Source: Candidatus Eiseniibacteriota bacterium (GTDB lineage: Bacteria; Eisenbacteria; RBG-16-71-46; JAFGJU01). Taken from it: a stretch of DNA of 64,000 bases. Location: the NCBI GenBank assembly GCA_016928935.1, contig JAFGJU010000007.1:7172-71171 (forward strand), written 5' to 3'. Under the pieces are notes generated by a model that had not been told where the DNA came from, did no database searches, and worked only from the letters and a program-made list of their open reading frames with translations. The translations under genes and the position numbers were made by a program. Of this stretch, positions 46,792 to 57,700 are shown piece after piece. Every line of letters begins with the position of its first letter. The first letter of the stretch is position 1.

Positions 46792-48069
46792 TCAGCCGGC
46801 TACCCCAAGCGCGCGGGTCCCTATGTCCCTTCTGAAGTGCATGCCCCTGAAACTGACCGCCCGCACGGCGGCGTAGGCCCTGCCGAGAGCAACTTCCAGG
46901 CTGGGTCCCGTGCCCGTAATCCCCAGGACGCGGCCGCCCGCCGTCACGGTGCGACCTCCGTCTTCCCGAGTGGCAGCGTGAAACACCAGCACTCCGTCTT
47001 CGTCCGACAGCGAATCCAGGCCCGTGATGGGCAGGCCTGTCTCGTACTCCCCCGGGTACCCCGCCGACGCCAGTACGACGCAGGCCGAGTGGCGCCCGCT
47101 TTCCGCTCTGTTGACACCCGACAGCTCGCCCCTGGCCGCCGCCAGCAGGGTCTCTCCCAGACGCACGTCCGCCGAGGGCAGCACCGCTTGAGTCTCGGGG
47201 TCGCCGAAACGGCAGTTGAACTCGAGCACCCTTATCCCGGCCGGAGTGAGCATGATCCCCGCGTAGAGCACGCCGGTGTAAGGAGTGCCGTCCGAGGCCA
47301 TGCCTTCCAGGGCCGGTCTCACGACCGCAGACTCTATCTCCTCCGCCAGGCCCCGTCCCACGAACGGCACCGGGCAGTAAGCGCCCATGCCTCCCGTGTT
47401 CGGGCCTCGGTCGCCCTCCAACGCTCTCTTGTGGTCCTGCGAAAACGGCAACAGCAGATGACGCCTGCCGTCGCACACCGCCGTGACGGAGAGCTCCGGG
47501 CCTTCCAGTCGCTCCTCCACCACCACGCGGTTCCCCGAGTCCCCGAACCGCCGGTCGACCATCATGCCCTTGAGGGCGACCGACCCGCTCTCCGCGTCGT
47601 CACACACGACAACACCCTTGCCCTTCGCCAGGCCGTCCGCCTTTATGACCAGGGGGCCTCTTTTTTCCTCCACGTAAGCGCGCGCCTTCTCGTAGTCATC
47701 GAACACCTCGAAGTCCGCCGAAGGAATGCCGTGTCTTTTCATGAACACCTTCGCGAAAACCTTGCTCCCCTCCAGGCGGCTGGCCGACTGCGAAGGCCCG
47801 AACACGGTCAACCCGGCCTTCCGTAGTGCGTCCGCGGCGCCGTTGACGAGCGGCTCCTCCGGCCCGAACACCACGAGGTCGCATCCCTCTTCGGACGCGG
47901 CCGCCAAGAGCCCGGCCGTGTCGTTAACCCGGACCGGCAGGCACTTCGCCGTTTTCGCGATCCCCGCGTTCCCCGGACAGCACACGACTCGACTCACCGA
48001 CTCGTCCTGCGCTAGCTTCCACGCTATCGCGTGCTCCCTGCCGCCGCTTCCGACGACCATCACCTTCAT
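46792..48069 (-). CDS. purD: phosphoribosylamine--glycine ligase PurD
   Basis: MKVMVVGSGGREHAIAWKLAQ...ATP-grasp region...GPNTGGMGAY. Confidence 0.95.
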   Translation of the reverse strand: MKVMVVGSGGREHAIAWKLAQDESVSRVVCCPGNAGIAKTAKCLPVRVNDTAGLLAAASEEGCDLVVFGPEEPLVNGAADALRKAGLTVFGPSQSASRLEGSKVFAKVFMKRHGIPSADFEVFDDYEKARAYVEEKRGPLVIKADGLAKGKGVVVCDDAESGSVALKGMMVDRRFGDSGNRVVVEERLEGPELSVTAVCDGRRHLLLPFSQDHKRALEGDRGPNTGGMGAYCPVPFVGRGLAEEIESAVVRPALEGMASDGTPYTGVLYAGIMLTPAGIRVLEFNCRFGDPETQAVLPSADVRLGETLLAAARGELSGVNRAESGRHSACVVLASAGYPGEYETGLPITGLDSLSDEDGVLVFHAATREDGGRTVTAGGRVLGITGTGPSLEVALGRAYAAVRAVSFRGMHFRRDIGTRALGVAG

Positions 48070-48087
48070 GTCGCCGCGCCTCCTAAG

Positions 48088-49362
48088 CTACTCAACCACG
48101 GGCAGTGTCTCGGAACCGTCCGGGAAGACGTACGTCGTGAGGTCTCCGTCGGCCTTCGCCAGGACGTCGGCCACCGCTTCCTGGGCCGTGGCCGCAGGAA
48201 TGAGCCCCATCCGCCTGACCACGTCGTCTCCAAGGCTCGAAACCATGTACACCTTGAAACGCGCCGCCTTCTCGGACAAGGCCAGCGCCGTGTGGCCGTG
48301 GAACGTGTACTTGGACGCCAGCTTCCGCCTTATCCCGGATAGACCACCTTCCTCGAACCACCCCAGAAGCTCCTCAGAACCCATACCGTGCCTGTTCTCG
48401 GCCAGCAACACCATGGGTGCGCCGTCCTTCAGCACCGAGGCCATGTTGTCTATGGCCTTGTGAGACTGAACCATGGTCGAGTCCCTGGGATAGCCCCCGC
48501 AGCTCACGATCACGCAGTCCGCTTTGGCCGGCACTCTGACGGCCACGTCCCGCAGGAGCGCCCTGCACCCGGCCAGGTGCGCCTCCACGGCCTCGCCGGC
48601 GAACACGCCGAGTATGTTGCCTGCCGCGTCCGTCATGGTGTTGAGAAGGAACGCCGGAGGAATCATCCCCAGACTTTCCATCATTTCTTCGTGCACCGGG
48701 TTTCCGTCCAGGGAGGCGCTTCTGCACATGGGGTGAAAGCCCTCGGCCTCTCTCAGCGTGAGCCGGTGGTTGGCGCATATCGCTTCGAACGACGCGACTC
48801 CGGGCAGGACGGACTTCCGGCCGCCCCTGAAACCCGCGAAGTAATGCAGTCCGATCGAACCCGTCAGGATCACGAGGTCCGCCTCCGCCACCTTCCTGTT
48901 CAGGTAGATTTCGTTCCCCTTGCTCGACTTCCCCGCCAGGAAGTGACCGGCCTTGTCGCGGCAGTCGTGCTCCGTCACCGGGAATCTCTCGAGCACGCTT
49001 CGCGGCAGGAATTCGGGCAGGCCGTCCGGCCCCGCCAGTTCGTGCATCCCGTTGGCCACCAGTATCTGTACGGACTGGCTGCTCAGGCCGCAGTCAAGCA
49101 GGAATTCCGTCAGCACCGGGAGATAGCTCTTCACCCCCGCCACCCTTGTCCTGTCCGGCACTATCACCAGCACGCGCCTCGCTCCGCTCAACAGCTCGTC
49201 CAGCGGGCGGCCGACGGGCCTGGTCAGGGCGCCGCGCACGGCGCCGGCCGAGTCGACCAGGGCCGGCGAGTAGTCCGGCACGAAAACCCGCGCCTTCATG
49301 CGCTCAGGCAACCGCACTCTCACCTTTCCGCCGCCCAGCGCCAGCTCGAAGTCCTGGCTCAT
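48088..49362 (-). CDS. LarA-family (lactate racemase-like, DUF2088) protein
   Basis: LarA-like N-terminal domain with GLHYFAGFRGGRKSVLPG and conserved His residues. Its stop overlaps the gatB start by 4 nt. Confidence 0.75.
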   Translation of the reverse strand: MSQDFELALGGGKVRVRLPERMKARVFVPDYSPALVDSAGAVRGALTRPVGRPLDELLSGARRVLVIVPDRTRVAGVKSYLPVLTEFLLDCGLSSQSVQILVANGMHELAGPDGLPEFLPRSVLERFPVTEHDCRDKAGHFLAGKSSKGNEIYLNRKVAEADLVILTGSIGLHYFAGFRGGRKSVLPGVASFEAICANHRLTLREAEGFHPMCRSASLDGNPVHEEMMESLGMIPPAFLLNTMTDAAGNILGVFAGEAVEAHLAGCRALLRDVAVRVPAKADCVIVSCGGYPRDSTMVQSHKAIDNMASVLKDGAPMVLLAENRHGMGSEELLGWFEEGGLSGIRRKLASKYTFHGHTALALSEKAARFKVYMVSSLGDDVVRRMGLIPAATAQEAVADVLAKADGDLTTYVFPDGSETLPVVE

Positions 49363-50816
49363 GTGTTCGCGTCTCCTTCCCTCACGCCTTCCAGCCGTTC
49401 CCTCAACACACTTTCGGCCAGCGTGGGGCTGGCCTGCCCCGCGGTCTTCTCCATTATCCGGCCCATCAGGAAACCGAAGAGCTTCTTTTTCCCGCGGGCG
49501 TAGTCCGCGACCGACTTCGGATTCTCCGACAGCACTGCGTCCACTATTGTACGCATTTCCCGGACGTCGGTCACCTGTCTCAAGCCCATCCTGGACACGG
49601 CATCGTCGGCCGTCTCACCCGTGCCCGCCATCCGGGCGAACACGTCCTTGGCCATCTTACCGCTGATTCGGCCGCTGCGCACGAGCGTCAGAAGGTCCGC
49701 GAGGTTCGCCGCGGTCACGGGGAACTCGTCCGTCGCCCCCTCCTTCGCCGTCCGGAGCACTTCGGTCATTATCCAGTTGGACGCGGACTTCGGTTCGCCG
49801 GTCAGGCGGGCGACCTCCTCGAAGTAATCGGCCAGCGCCCGCCGGCCGCACAGCACGGCCGCGTCGTACGGCGGCAGTCCCAACGACTCCACGAAGCGGC
49901 TCTCCCTCGCCTCGGGCAGCTCGGGGAGACGCGATTTCACGTCGTCTATCCAGTCCCCTTTCAACTCCAGCCGCAGCAAGTCCGGTTCGGGAAAATACCG
50001 GTAGTCGTGCGCCTCCTCCTTCGAGCGCATGGACACCGCCCGGTCCCGGCCGGCGTCCCACATCAGAGTCTCGTTAAGGACAGCAGTCCCGCCCGCGAGA
50101 AGGCCGGCCTGTCTCTCGATTTCGTACTCAAGAGCCCGTTCCACGTTCCTGAACGAGTTGAGGTTCTTTATCTCGGTCTTGCTGCCCAACGCGCGTTCTC
50201 CGACTCGCCTGAGCGACACGTTGACGTCGCAGCGGAGGCCGCCCTCCTCCATGTTCCCGCTGCTGGCCCCGGTGTACTCGAGGATCTGCTTGAGTGCCTT
50301 CAGAAGGGCGTGCGCCTCGGAAGGGGAACGCAGCTCCGGCTCTGTGACAATCTCTATGAGCGGCACGCCGCAGCGGTTGAAGTCCACGAGAGTGCGCCTT
50401 CCGCCCGCGTCGTCAAGGTGAACGCTCTTGCCCGCGTCCTCCTCGAGGTGGACTCGTGTGACCCTCACTCGGCGCCGCTTCCCCCCGTCCGACACATACA
50501 GGTGGCCCCCGGAGCACAGGGGCCGGTCGAACTGCGAGATCTGGTAGTTCTTGGGCAGGTCCGGGTAGAAATAGTTCTTTCTCGCGAAGACGCTGGACGT
50601 GTTCGTGTGTGCGTGCAGGGCCTCTCCCACCAACACGGCCAGCTCCACCGCCCTCCTGTTCAGCACCGGGAGCGCTCCGGGCAGCCCCAGGCAGACCGGA
50701 CAAACCTGAGTGTTGGGCTCCGCCCCAAACCCGGTGCCGCATCCGCAGAAGAGCTTGCTCCTGGTCAGAAGCTGCGCGTGTATCTCCAGGCCGATTACGG
50801 ACTCAAACCCCTTCAC
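49359..50816 (-). CDS. gatB: Asp-tRNA(Asn)/Glu-tRNA(Gln) amidotransferase subunit B
   Basis: GatB N-terminus MKGFESVIGLEIHAQL...CGCG and a GatB/YqeY C-terminal domain. Confidence 0.95.
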   Translation of the reverse strand: MKGFESVIGLEIHAQLLTRSKLFCGCGTGFGAEPNTQVCPVCLGLPGALPVLNRRAVELAVLVGEALHAHTNTSSVFARKNYFYPDLPKNYQISQFDRPLCSGGHLYVSDGGKRRRVRVTRVHLEEDAGKSVHLDDAGGRRTLVDFNRCGVPLIEIVTEPELRSPSEAHALLKALKQILEYTGASSGNMEEGGLRCDVNVSLRRVGERALGSKTEIKNLNSFRNVERALEYEIERQAGLLAGGTAVLNETLMWDAGRDRAVSMRSKEEAHDYRYFPEPDLLRLELKGDWIDDVKSRLPELPEARESRFVESLGLPPYDAAVLCGRRALADYFEEVARLTGEPKSASNWIMTEVLRTAKEGATDEFPVTAANLADLLTLVRSGRISGKMAKDVFARMAGTGETADDAVSRMGLRQVTDVREMRTIVDAVLSENPKSVADYARGKKKLFGFLMGRIMEKTAGQASPTLAESVLRERLEGVREGDANT

Positions 50817-52318
50817 GCCCCACCTCTCCCGCTCTCCAGGAGACCCTTCAGGCCCGCGGGCGTCCGCGCCTCCAGCGCCACAACCTGCTCGAAGAGTCGC
50901 GCCGCCTCGAGAAGCGTTTGGTCCTCGAACGCGCGCCCGATGAGCTGTAGCCCGATGGGCAGACCGCTGCGTGAGTACCCCGACGGCAGCGACACCGCCG
51001 GAAGACCCGCCAGGTTGACTCCCACCGTGAACACGTCGGAGAGGTACATCGCGAGCGGGTCGTGCAGCTTCTCCCCCAGCCTGAACGCGGCAGTGGGTGA
51101 CGTCGGCATCAGCACCAAGTCGACTCTCCGAAGAACCTCTTCGTAGTCCCGTTTGATGAGCGTCCGCGCCTTCTGCGCCCGCAAGTAGTAAGCCTCGTAG
51201 TATCCTGCGCTCAGCGCGTAGGTCCCCAGCATGACTCGTCTCTTGACTTCCGTGCCCAGGCCCGCCGTCCTCGTGCGCACGTACATTTCCCAGAGGTCGT
51301 CAGTGCCGCCTTCGCGCTCCCCGTACCTGACGCCGTCGTACCTCGCCAGGTTGGACGACGCCTCCGCGTCGGCCACGAGGTAGTACGCGGCGATGGAGTA
51401 CTCCGCGTGCGGCAGGTCAATCTCCTCGAACGCCCATCGCTCCTTCTCCAGCTTGGAGACGACGGCCCGGGTCACGTCCGACACGTCGGGGTCCAGCCCT
51501 TCGGAAAAAAAGCCCCAGGGCACCCCCACCCTCAACACACCCGACTTACCCACTTCGCCCGTCTGCCGCGCTCTGACCTGGCCCCTCCGCGCGCTCGTGG
51601 AATCCCACGCGTCCCAGCCGGAGACCGCCTCCAGGACTGCTGCGGTGTCTTCGACGGTCCTCGCTATCACGCCTATCTGGTCGAGTGACGAAGCGAACGC
51701 AACGAGCCCACGCCTCGACACCACGCCGTACGTCGGCTTGTATCCCACAAGCCCGCACAGGGCGGCCGGCTGTCTGACCGAACCCCCTGTGTCGGTCCCG
51801 AGCGCGGCCGCGGCCATGCCCGCGGCCACCGCAGCCGCGGAACCCCCGCTCGAGCCGCCCGGCACGCGCTCCAGGTCCCACGGGTTTCTCGTCGGTCCGA
51901 AGAATGAGTTCTCGGTCGAAGAGCCCATTCCGAACTCGTCCAGGTTCGTCTTTCCGATGAGAAGGCATCCTCTGTCCCTGAGCCGGCTCACGGCCGTGGC
52001 GTCGTACGGCGGGACGTAGTTCCTGAGGATCCGCGAACCGCAGGTTGTGCGCAAACCCTTCGTGCAGATGTTGTCCTTGACCGCAATCGGTATACAGTTG
52101 AGCGGCGCCGCGACCCCCGGCGGGCCTCCGGACTGCCGCCCCCTGTCTCGCGCCAGCCTCTCGCACTCGGCCTCGTTCACCGTCACGTACGCCCGCAGCG
52201 TCGGGTCGCAAACTCGTATGCGCGACAGGTGGGCCTCCACGAGCTCGGCCGGACTCACCTTCCGCCGCGCCACGGCCGACCCCATCTCGCGCAGGCTCAA
52301 TTCGCAGATTCCCATCAC
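50813..52318 (-). CDS. gatA: Asp-tRNA(Asn)/Glu-tRNA(Gln) amidotransferase subunit A (amidase)
   Basis: Amidase signature GGSSGGSAAAVAAG and a Ser-cisSer-Lys triad region. 4-nt overlaps with gatC and gatB. Confidence 0.95.
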   Translation of the reverse strand: MMGICELSLREMGSAVARRKVSPAELVEAHLSRIRVCDPTLRAYVTVNEAECERLARDRGRQSGGPPGVAAPLNCIPIAVKDNICTKGLRTTCGSRILRNYVPPYDATAVSRLRDRGCLLIGKTNLDEFGMGSSTENSFFGPTRNPWDLERVPGGSSGGSAAAVAAGMAAAALGTDTGGSVRQPAALCGLVGYKPTYGVVSRRGLVAFASSLDQIGVIARTVEDTAAVLEAVSGWDAWDSTSARRGQVRARQTGEVGKSGVLRVGVPWGFFSEGLDPDVSDVTRAVVSKLEKERWAFEEIDLPHAEYSIAAYYLVADAEASSNLARYDGVRYGEREGGTDDLWEMYVRTRTAGLGTEVKRRVMLGTYALSAGYYEAYYLRAQKARTLIKRDYEEVLRRVDLVLMPTSPTAAFRLGEKLHDPLAMYLSDVFTVGVNLAGLPAVSLPSGYSRSGLPIGLQLIGRAFEDQTLLEAARLFEQVVALEARTPAGLKGLLESGRGGA

Positions 52319-52602
52319 AGGACTCCAGGCACTTTGAAGTGTCCATTCTCTTCGTCGGGAGCTCCGGCCAGCGCGTCCTCACGAGCGAGCGTGTCCTCAC
52401 CAGGCACGTCCTCTCTGAGCGGAGTGCTCCCGGCCAGGCCGTACAGCGTGGGCTCCACCTCGGTCACGTCCAGCTCCCGCAGCTTCTCCACGTATTCGAG
52501 TATTCTGCCCAGCTCGCCTCTCAGAGTCTCGAGCTCATCCGGGCTGAATTCCAGTCTGCACAGCCTTGCCGCGTGCTCCACGTCCGACCTGGTTACAGAC
52601 AT
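52315..52602 (-). CDS. gatC: Asp-tRNA(Asn)/Glu-tRNA(Gln) amidotransferase subunit C
   Basis: A 95-aa protein with VEHAARLCRLEFSPDELETLRGELGRILEYVEKL, lying upstream of gatA and gatB. Confidence 0.85.
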   Translation of the reverse strand: MSVTRSDVEHAARLCRLEFSPDELETLRGELGRILEYVEKLRELDVTEVEPTLYGLAGSTPLREDVPGEDTLAREDALAGAPDEENGHFKVPGVL

Positions 52603-52603
52603 C

Positions 52604-54742
52604 CTATGCCCCCTTGAGCTGGACGTATCGCGCCATTATCTTTCTGACCACGTTTCCCGGAAACTGGACAGTCAGCTTGGCCCTCTGGCCCCTGCCCTCC
52701 TGCTCCACCACCCGCCCCCAACCAAACTCCCCGTGCAACACCTCTCTGCCCACCAGCCTCCCGCCTTCCGCCGGTTCCCACACCCGGGCCGTGGAGAGGA
52801 GTGCCTCCGGTATTTCGTTCACGAACCTGGAGACCCCCGCTCCTCCGAAACTGTCGAACCTCCGCCGGCTGGCGGCCGCAGTCAGCACCACTCTCTTGCG
52901 CGCCCGCGTCAGGGCCACGTAGAAGAGCCTTCTTTCCTCCTCTATCTCCTCGTCGCTGTCCATTGACGCGCAGTGAGGGAACAGTCCCTCCTCCAGGCCC
53001 GTGATGAACACGCAGTCGAATTCCAGCCCCTTCGCGTTGTGCGCCGTCATGAGCGTGACCCTGTCCTCCTCCGGGTGCCACGCGTCTATCTGCGAGATGA
53101 GCGATATGTCGCTCAGGAAAAGGGTCACCGGGGAGGGCTCCGGTTCGTCTGTCGCCCCGCGCTCCAACGCGCCGCGGGTTCCGTCCGCAAGCTCCTCGTC
53201 GAACTGCCTGGCCGACGCGATCAGCTCCAACACGTTCTCCAGTCTGTCCTCGAAGCTGCTCGCCTCTCTCTCCAGGTACTCCCTGTACCCCACTGCCTTG
53301 ACCACCGCCTCCACAAGCTCCGCCACGCTTTCCGGCCTCTCGCCGCTCAATCTCCGGATGAAGGCCGCGAAGTCGGCCATGGACGCTCTCGTGGCCGCCG
53401 GCAAGCCCATGTCTTCGGCCGAGTGCTCCAGGGCCTCGAACATCGTTACACCCCGCTCGCGCGCCAGCTCCTCAAGTCTCTCCAGCGCTGTCCGGCCTAT
53501 CCTTCTCGGCGGCACGTTCAGCACCCGCCTCAGGCTCACCTCGTCGTTCGGGTTCACGCAGAGCCGGAGATACGCCAACACGTCCTTGACCTCCCTCCGC
53601 TCGTAGAACGACACCGCTCCCACTATCTGGTAGTTTATGCGGGCGTTACGCAGCGCAATCTCCAGCGACCTGGACTGGGCGTTGGTCCTGTACAGGACCG
53701 CCATCCGTGAGAGCGGAGTCCCCCTTTGCACCTGCTCGGCCGCGATCTCCTCGGCGACGCTCTCCGCCTCTTCTTCCTCTCCGGGGAGCAGATGAAGGGT
53801 GAGCCTCTCCCCGTATTCGTTCTCAGTAGTCAACGTCTTTCCTTTGCGGCCCCTGTTGTGTTTGATGACGCTGTTTGCCGCGTCCAGTATCAGTCCCGTG
53901 GACCTGTAATTCTGCTCCAGCCTTATGACCCTCGTCTCGGGAAAACTGGATTCGAACTCCAGTATGTTCCTGATGTCCGCGCCCCTCCAGCCGTAGATTG
54001 ACTGGTCGTCGTCTCCCACCACGCACAGGTTTCTCCGGTCTCGGCACAGCTCCGCCAGGATCCTGTACTGCGCATGGTTGGTGTCCTGGTATTCGTCCAC
54101 CAGGACGTGCCTGAAGCGCTCGGAATAGTGCCTGCGCGAGTCATCCGAGCCCGACAGCAGCAGAACCGTGTTGACCAGCAGGTCGTCGAAGTCCATGGCG
54201 TTGTTCTTGAGCAGGGCCGCCTGGTACGCCTCGTAGACCCTGGCCACGGTCTTGTCGTAGTGCGTCATGGACAGCCGCTTCATCTCGTCCGCGCCGACGA
54301 GCTCCGACTTGAGCCGGCTTATCCGCTCCAGCACGCGTGCCGGCGGGAATTCGCGGTCGGAAACCTCCATGTCCCTCATCAGGCGCTTGACAAGGCTTCT
54401 CTGGTCGTCCTCGTCGTAGATGACAAAGTCGCGGCCTCTGCCCTCGGGGTCGCCGCGCTGTCTCAGCATTCTGGCGCAGACTGAATGGAACGTGCCGACC
54501 CACATACCGGCCACGCCGGCGCCGACCAAAGACTCTATCCTCCACCGCATCTCGCCCGCTGCCTTACGCGTGAAGGTTATCGCGAGTATCTGGTGGGGTG
54601 CCACGCCGCACTCGCGCACGAGGAAGGCCACTCGGTGGGCGATGACGCGCGTCTTCCCGCTGCCCGCGCCGGCCAGCACCAGCAGCGGGCCCGTCACGTG
54701 GGAGACGGCCTCCCGCTGCTGCGGATTGAGCTCGTCGTGCAT
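52604..54742 (-). CDS. uvrD: ATP-dependent DNA helicase UvrD/PcrA (SF1)
   Basis: Walker A motif GAGSGKT, DEYQDTN, and helicase motifs IV-VI (VLYRTNAQSR, MTAHNAKGLEFD). Confidence 0.9.
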   Translation of the reverse strand: MHDELNPQQREAVSHVTGPLLVLAGAGSGKTRVIAHRVAFLVRECGVAPHQILAITFTRKAAGEMRWRIESLVGAGVAGMWVGTFHSVCARMLRQRGDPEGRGRDFVIYDEDDQRSLVKRLMRDMEVSDREFPPARVLERISRLKSELVGADEMKRLSMTHYDKTVARVYEAYQAALLKNNAMDFDDLLVNTVLLLSGSDDSRRHYSERFRHVLVDEYQDTNHAQYRILAELCRDRRNLCVVGDDDQSIYGWRGADIRNILEFESSFPETRVIRLEQNYRSTGLILDAANSVIKHNRGRKGKTLTTENEYGERLTLHLLPGEEEEAESVAEEIAAEQVQRGTPLSRMAVLYRTNAQSRSLEIALRNARINYQIVGAVSFYERREVKDVLAYLRLCVNPNDEVSLRRVLNVPPRRIGRTALERLEELARERGVTMFEALEHSAEDMGLPAATRASMADFAAFIRRLSGERPESVAELVEAVVKAVGYREYLEREASSFEDRLENVLELIASARQFDEELADGTRGALERGATDEPEPSPVTLFLSDISLISQIDAWHPEEDRVTLMTAHNAKGLEFDCVFITGLEEGLFPHCASMDSDEEIEEERRLFYVALTRARKRVVLTAAASRRRFDSFGGAGVSRFVNEIPEALLSTARVWEPAEGGRLVGREVLHGEFGWGRVVEQEGRGQRAKLTVQFPGNVVRKIMARYVQLKGA

Positions 54743-54745
54743 CTA

Positions 54746-57700
54746 TCAGAATTCTCCGCCGAAGGAGACGTGCGCCCGATACCCGGACACCTCCTGGAAG
54801 TCGGTACGCCAGGCGAAGTCCAGCTTCACGAGTATGAAAGAAATGCCCGTCCTGATTCCCGTCCCGAAAGACGCGCCGCCGTATTGGCCGTCTATGTGCA
54901 GGCCGCCGGCCCTGGAGAACGGCCTGAAAGTCTCGTCGTCGCTCCACGCCAGTCCCACGTCCGCGAACAAAACGCCCCCCACGTTGCGCACCCCGATGGG
55001 AAGAGGCCACACCAGCCCGAGCCGGTCTATGAACGGGAACCTGAATTCCGAGTTCAGGAACGCGACCCTGGTGCCGACGAACTCAAAGTCTTCGTACCCC
55101 CTAAGGGTGTACGCCCCGCCCACGAAAAAGCTCTGCGCGTCCCGTCCCTCGCTCATCGCTCCCACCAGCCGGAAGGCGAAAGAGTATCCCGGCGACACCC
55201 GGAAATACTTCCGCATGTCGGCCCACACCGTCTGGAACCTCATGCTCTCCCGGGAGACCTTGAGGGCGGTGGAGTAGGACAGCGCCCACCTGGAACCCGA
55301 CACGGGCCCGAACATGCCCCATTGGACGGTGTCCCCCACGAACGTGATGCCCGGCGAGAACATGCGCCTGGTCTGGGTGGAAACCGACTCCAGCGTGAGG
55401 TAGCCCCCAGAGGTGGTGTCGTACTCGAAGAACTCCCTGTCCACCGAGAGATGAGTCAGGTCCAAGTCCACCCTGTTGAACCTGCCGAAGGGATAGCTGG
55501 CCAGGAGCATGAACCCGTAGTTCCGGTCGGAGAAGTACTTCTCCTCCGAGAACTCCTCCCCCAGCGCCGTCGTCCGGGAATAGTAGTAGCTCTTGTAGTG
55601 AAAAGCGCCCACACCCAGGTCCAGCCGCCTCGGCAGGTAGTAGTATATTCCCACCAAGTCCGTCTCCTCAAAGGAGGAGAAAAAGTCAGTCGCCACGTAG
55701 ATCCTGTGGTTGCCCAGGAAGTCGCTCAAGGAAAGCTGGGTGCTTCCGCCGAAGCCGTAGGCCGAGCTGTACTCGAACCCTCCGGTCACCCAGTCGGGAG
55801 AAAACCTGATGCTGTAGTCCCTGGCCTGCGCCAGCGCTGTCGCGCTGCTCCACGGCACTCCCGGCGTCGAGTCCGTGGCCGCCAGCGTGTCCAATCCGAG
55901 CGGAAGCAGCGCCGGCCCGCCGGCCGGCAGAAGCCCCAACCCCGCCTCTGAGCTGTCCCGGTCCGCGCCCGCCTCCGTCGGCCACGGCGCGCTCACGTCG
56001 GGCCCTCCGAACATCTCCGCCACTCGGAGGCTCTCCGGCTCCGCCGCGTACGGCCGGATGCGACCCTCACGCTTTAGGTCTTCCATGACTGCCTTGAGCC
56101 CCATCGGCTCCTTGGACACGTACACGTCGTAGCCCGCCTCGGAGAAGCCGTAGAACGCCAGCCGGTCCCCGGCCGACCAGTGCGGGGAGAACACCCCTCC
56201 CAGGACGTCGGTCAGCTGCAACACCGTGGAGTCGCGCAGGTCAAACACGTACAGGTTGCTGGTGCGGTCCGGGCTGGACGAGAAAACGATGCTGCCGCCG
56301 TCGGGCGACCACGAGGGGCTCCTGTCGCTCCCACCCGTGTCCACGACCTTGCGGATTTCCCGGGTGACCGGGTCGATCACGTGAATCGAATAGACCCCGA
56401 TTCCGGTCCGGGAGGCGTCCACCCCCAGCGAAAACGGCTCTCTTCTGTCCGACGAGAACGCGATCAACCGGCCGTCCCTTGACCACGATGCCTCAACGTC
56501 GTCGTAGCGGTCGCAGGTCAGCCGCTCGAGCCGGCCGCTGTCCACGTCGAGCAGGTAAAGGTCGGACAAACCGTCCTTGAGGCCGGTCAGCGCGATTCGT
56601 TTTCCGTCAGGCGACCAGCTCGGGAAAGAAATAGTCTTCAGGTCCGGCCTGAACTTCTTCTTCACCCGTCCCGAGCCCGAGTCAATCAGGTACAGCACGT
56701 CCCCCTTCCCGCTCTTGGCCACGAACGCGATTCTCCGCTCGTCCGGCGACCACGTCACTGAAGACCTGAAAAGCGGAATCACCTCGAACTGCATGGACTT
56801 CTCGCCCCTCACCAAACGGCGCATAACCTTGCCGTCAATCGCGGAGGCCACCACAACGTCCATGTATCCGTACCTGTCCGTGAGGTACGCCAGCTTGTCG
56901 CCCTTCGGGGACACGGCCGGGCTGATGTTCATGAAGGAGCCGTCCTTGCCGTGGTCGGTTATGCGGCGGCCGAACTTCTCGGCGGCTTCCCGATTGGCCA
57001 CCTCGGGCCAGTATTCCTTCCTGACCGCCTCCATCCAGGCCTCGCTGAACTTCTCGGTATCGGTGCCCAGGGCTCTCTCGAAGGCGTGGTCTATGTTCTT
57101 GTTTATCCTCAGATTCTTGAGTATCTCCTTCAGCTTCTCCGGGCCGTGACGCTGAACAAGAAAGCCGATGGCCGACTGGCCCATCTTGTAAGTCAGGTAG
57201 CTCTCCCCCAGGCGGTCCAGGCTCACGGCGTAGCCGGACACCGCGGCGTCCCTAACCACCATCTCCAGCGTCTCGTCCCAGCCGAGCGACTCGTATTCGG
57301 CCAGCCCCTCATTGAACCACAGCGGTATCTGGTAGAGGTACTGGGCGCTCAGAATCGAGTTGAACACTCCGCCGAACATCATGTCGAACACGTAGGCGTG
57401 CACCAGCTCATGCACCACGACGTGCCTCAGGTCCTCGTAGGAGCCCGTGAACGGGACGACCACTCGATTCTTGAACAGCTCGGTGAACCCGCCTACTCCC
57501 TCTTCCAGAAGCTCCGTCACGACGTTGGTCTGCTGGAAATCGTACTGGGAGCCGTAGACGATTATCGGGACCTTCTTCTGAAGCCTGTGCCCGAGGTCCG
57601 CCGTCAGCTTTACCGCGGCCTGCTCCGCCAGGTCCAGCACTACTGCGGCCAGACTGTCGCCCCCGGAGTAGAAGTAGACGTCGAAATTCTGGGACGACGC

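Noticed and set aside
49146-51146. 666-aa plus-strand ORF antisense to gatB/gatA
   Set aside because: The opposite strand encodes unambiguous GatB/GatA. The plus-strand translation is low-complexity (R/P/G/A-rich) and has no SD.
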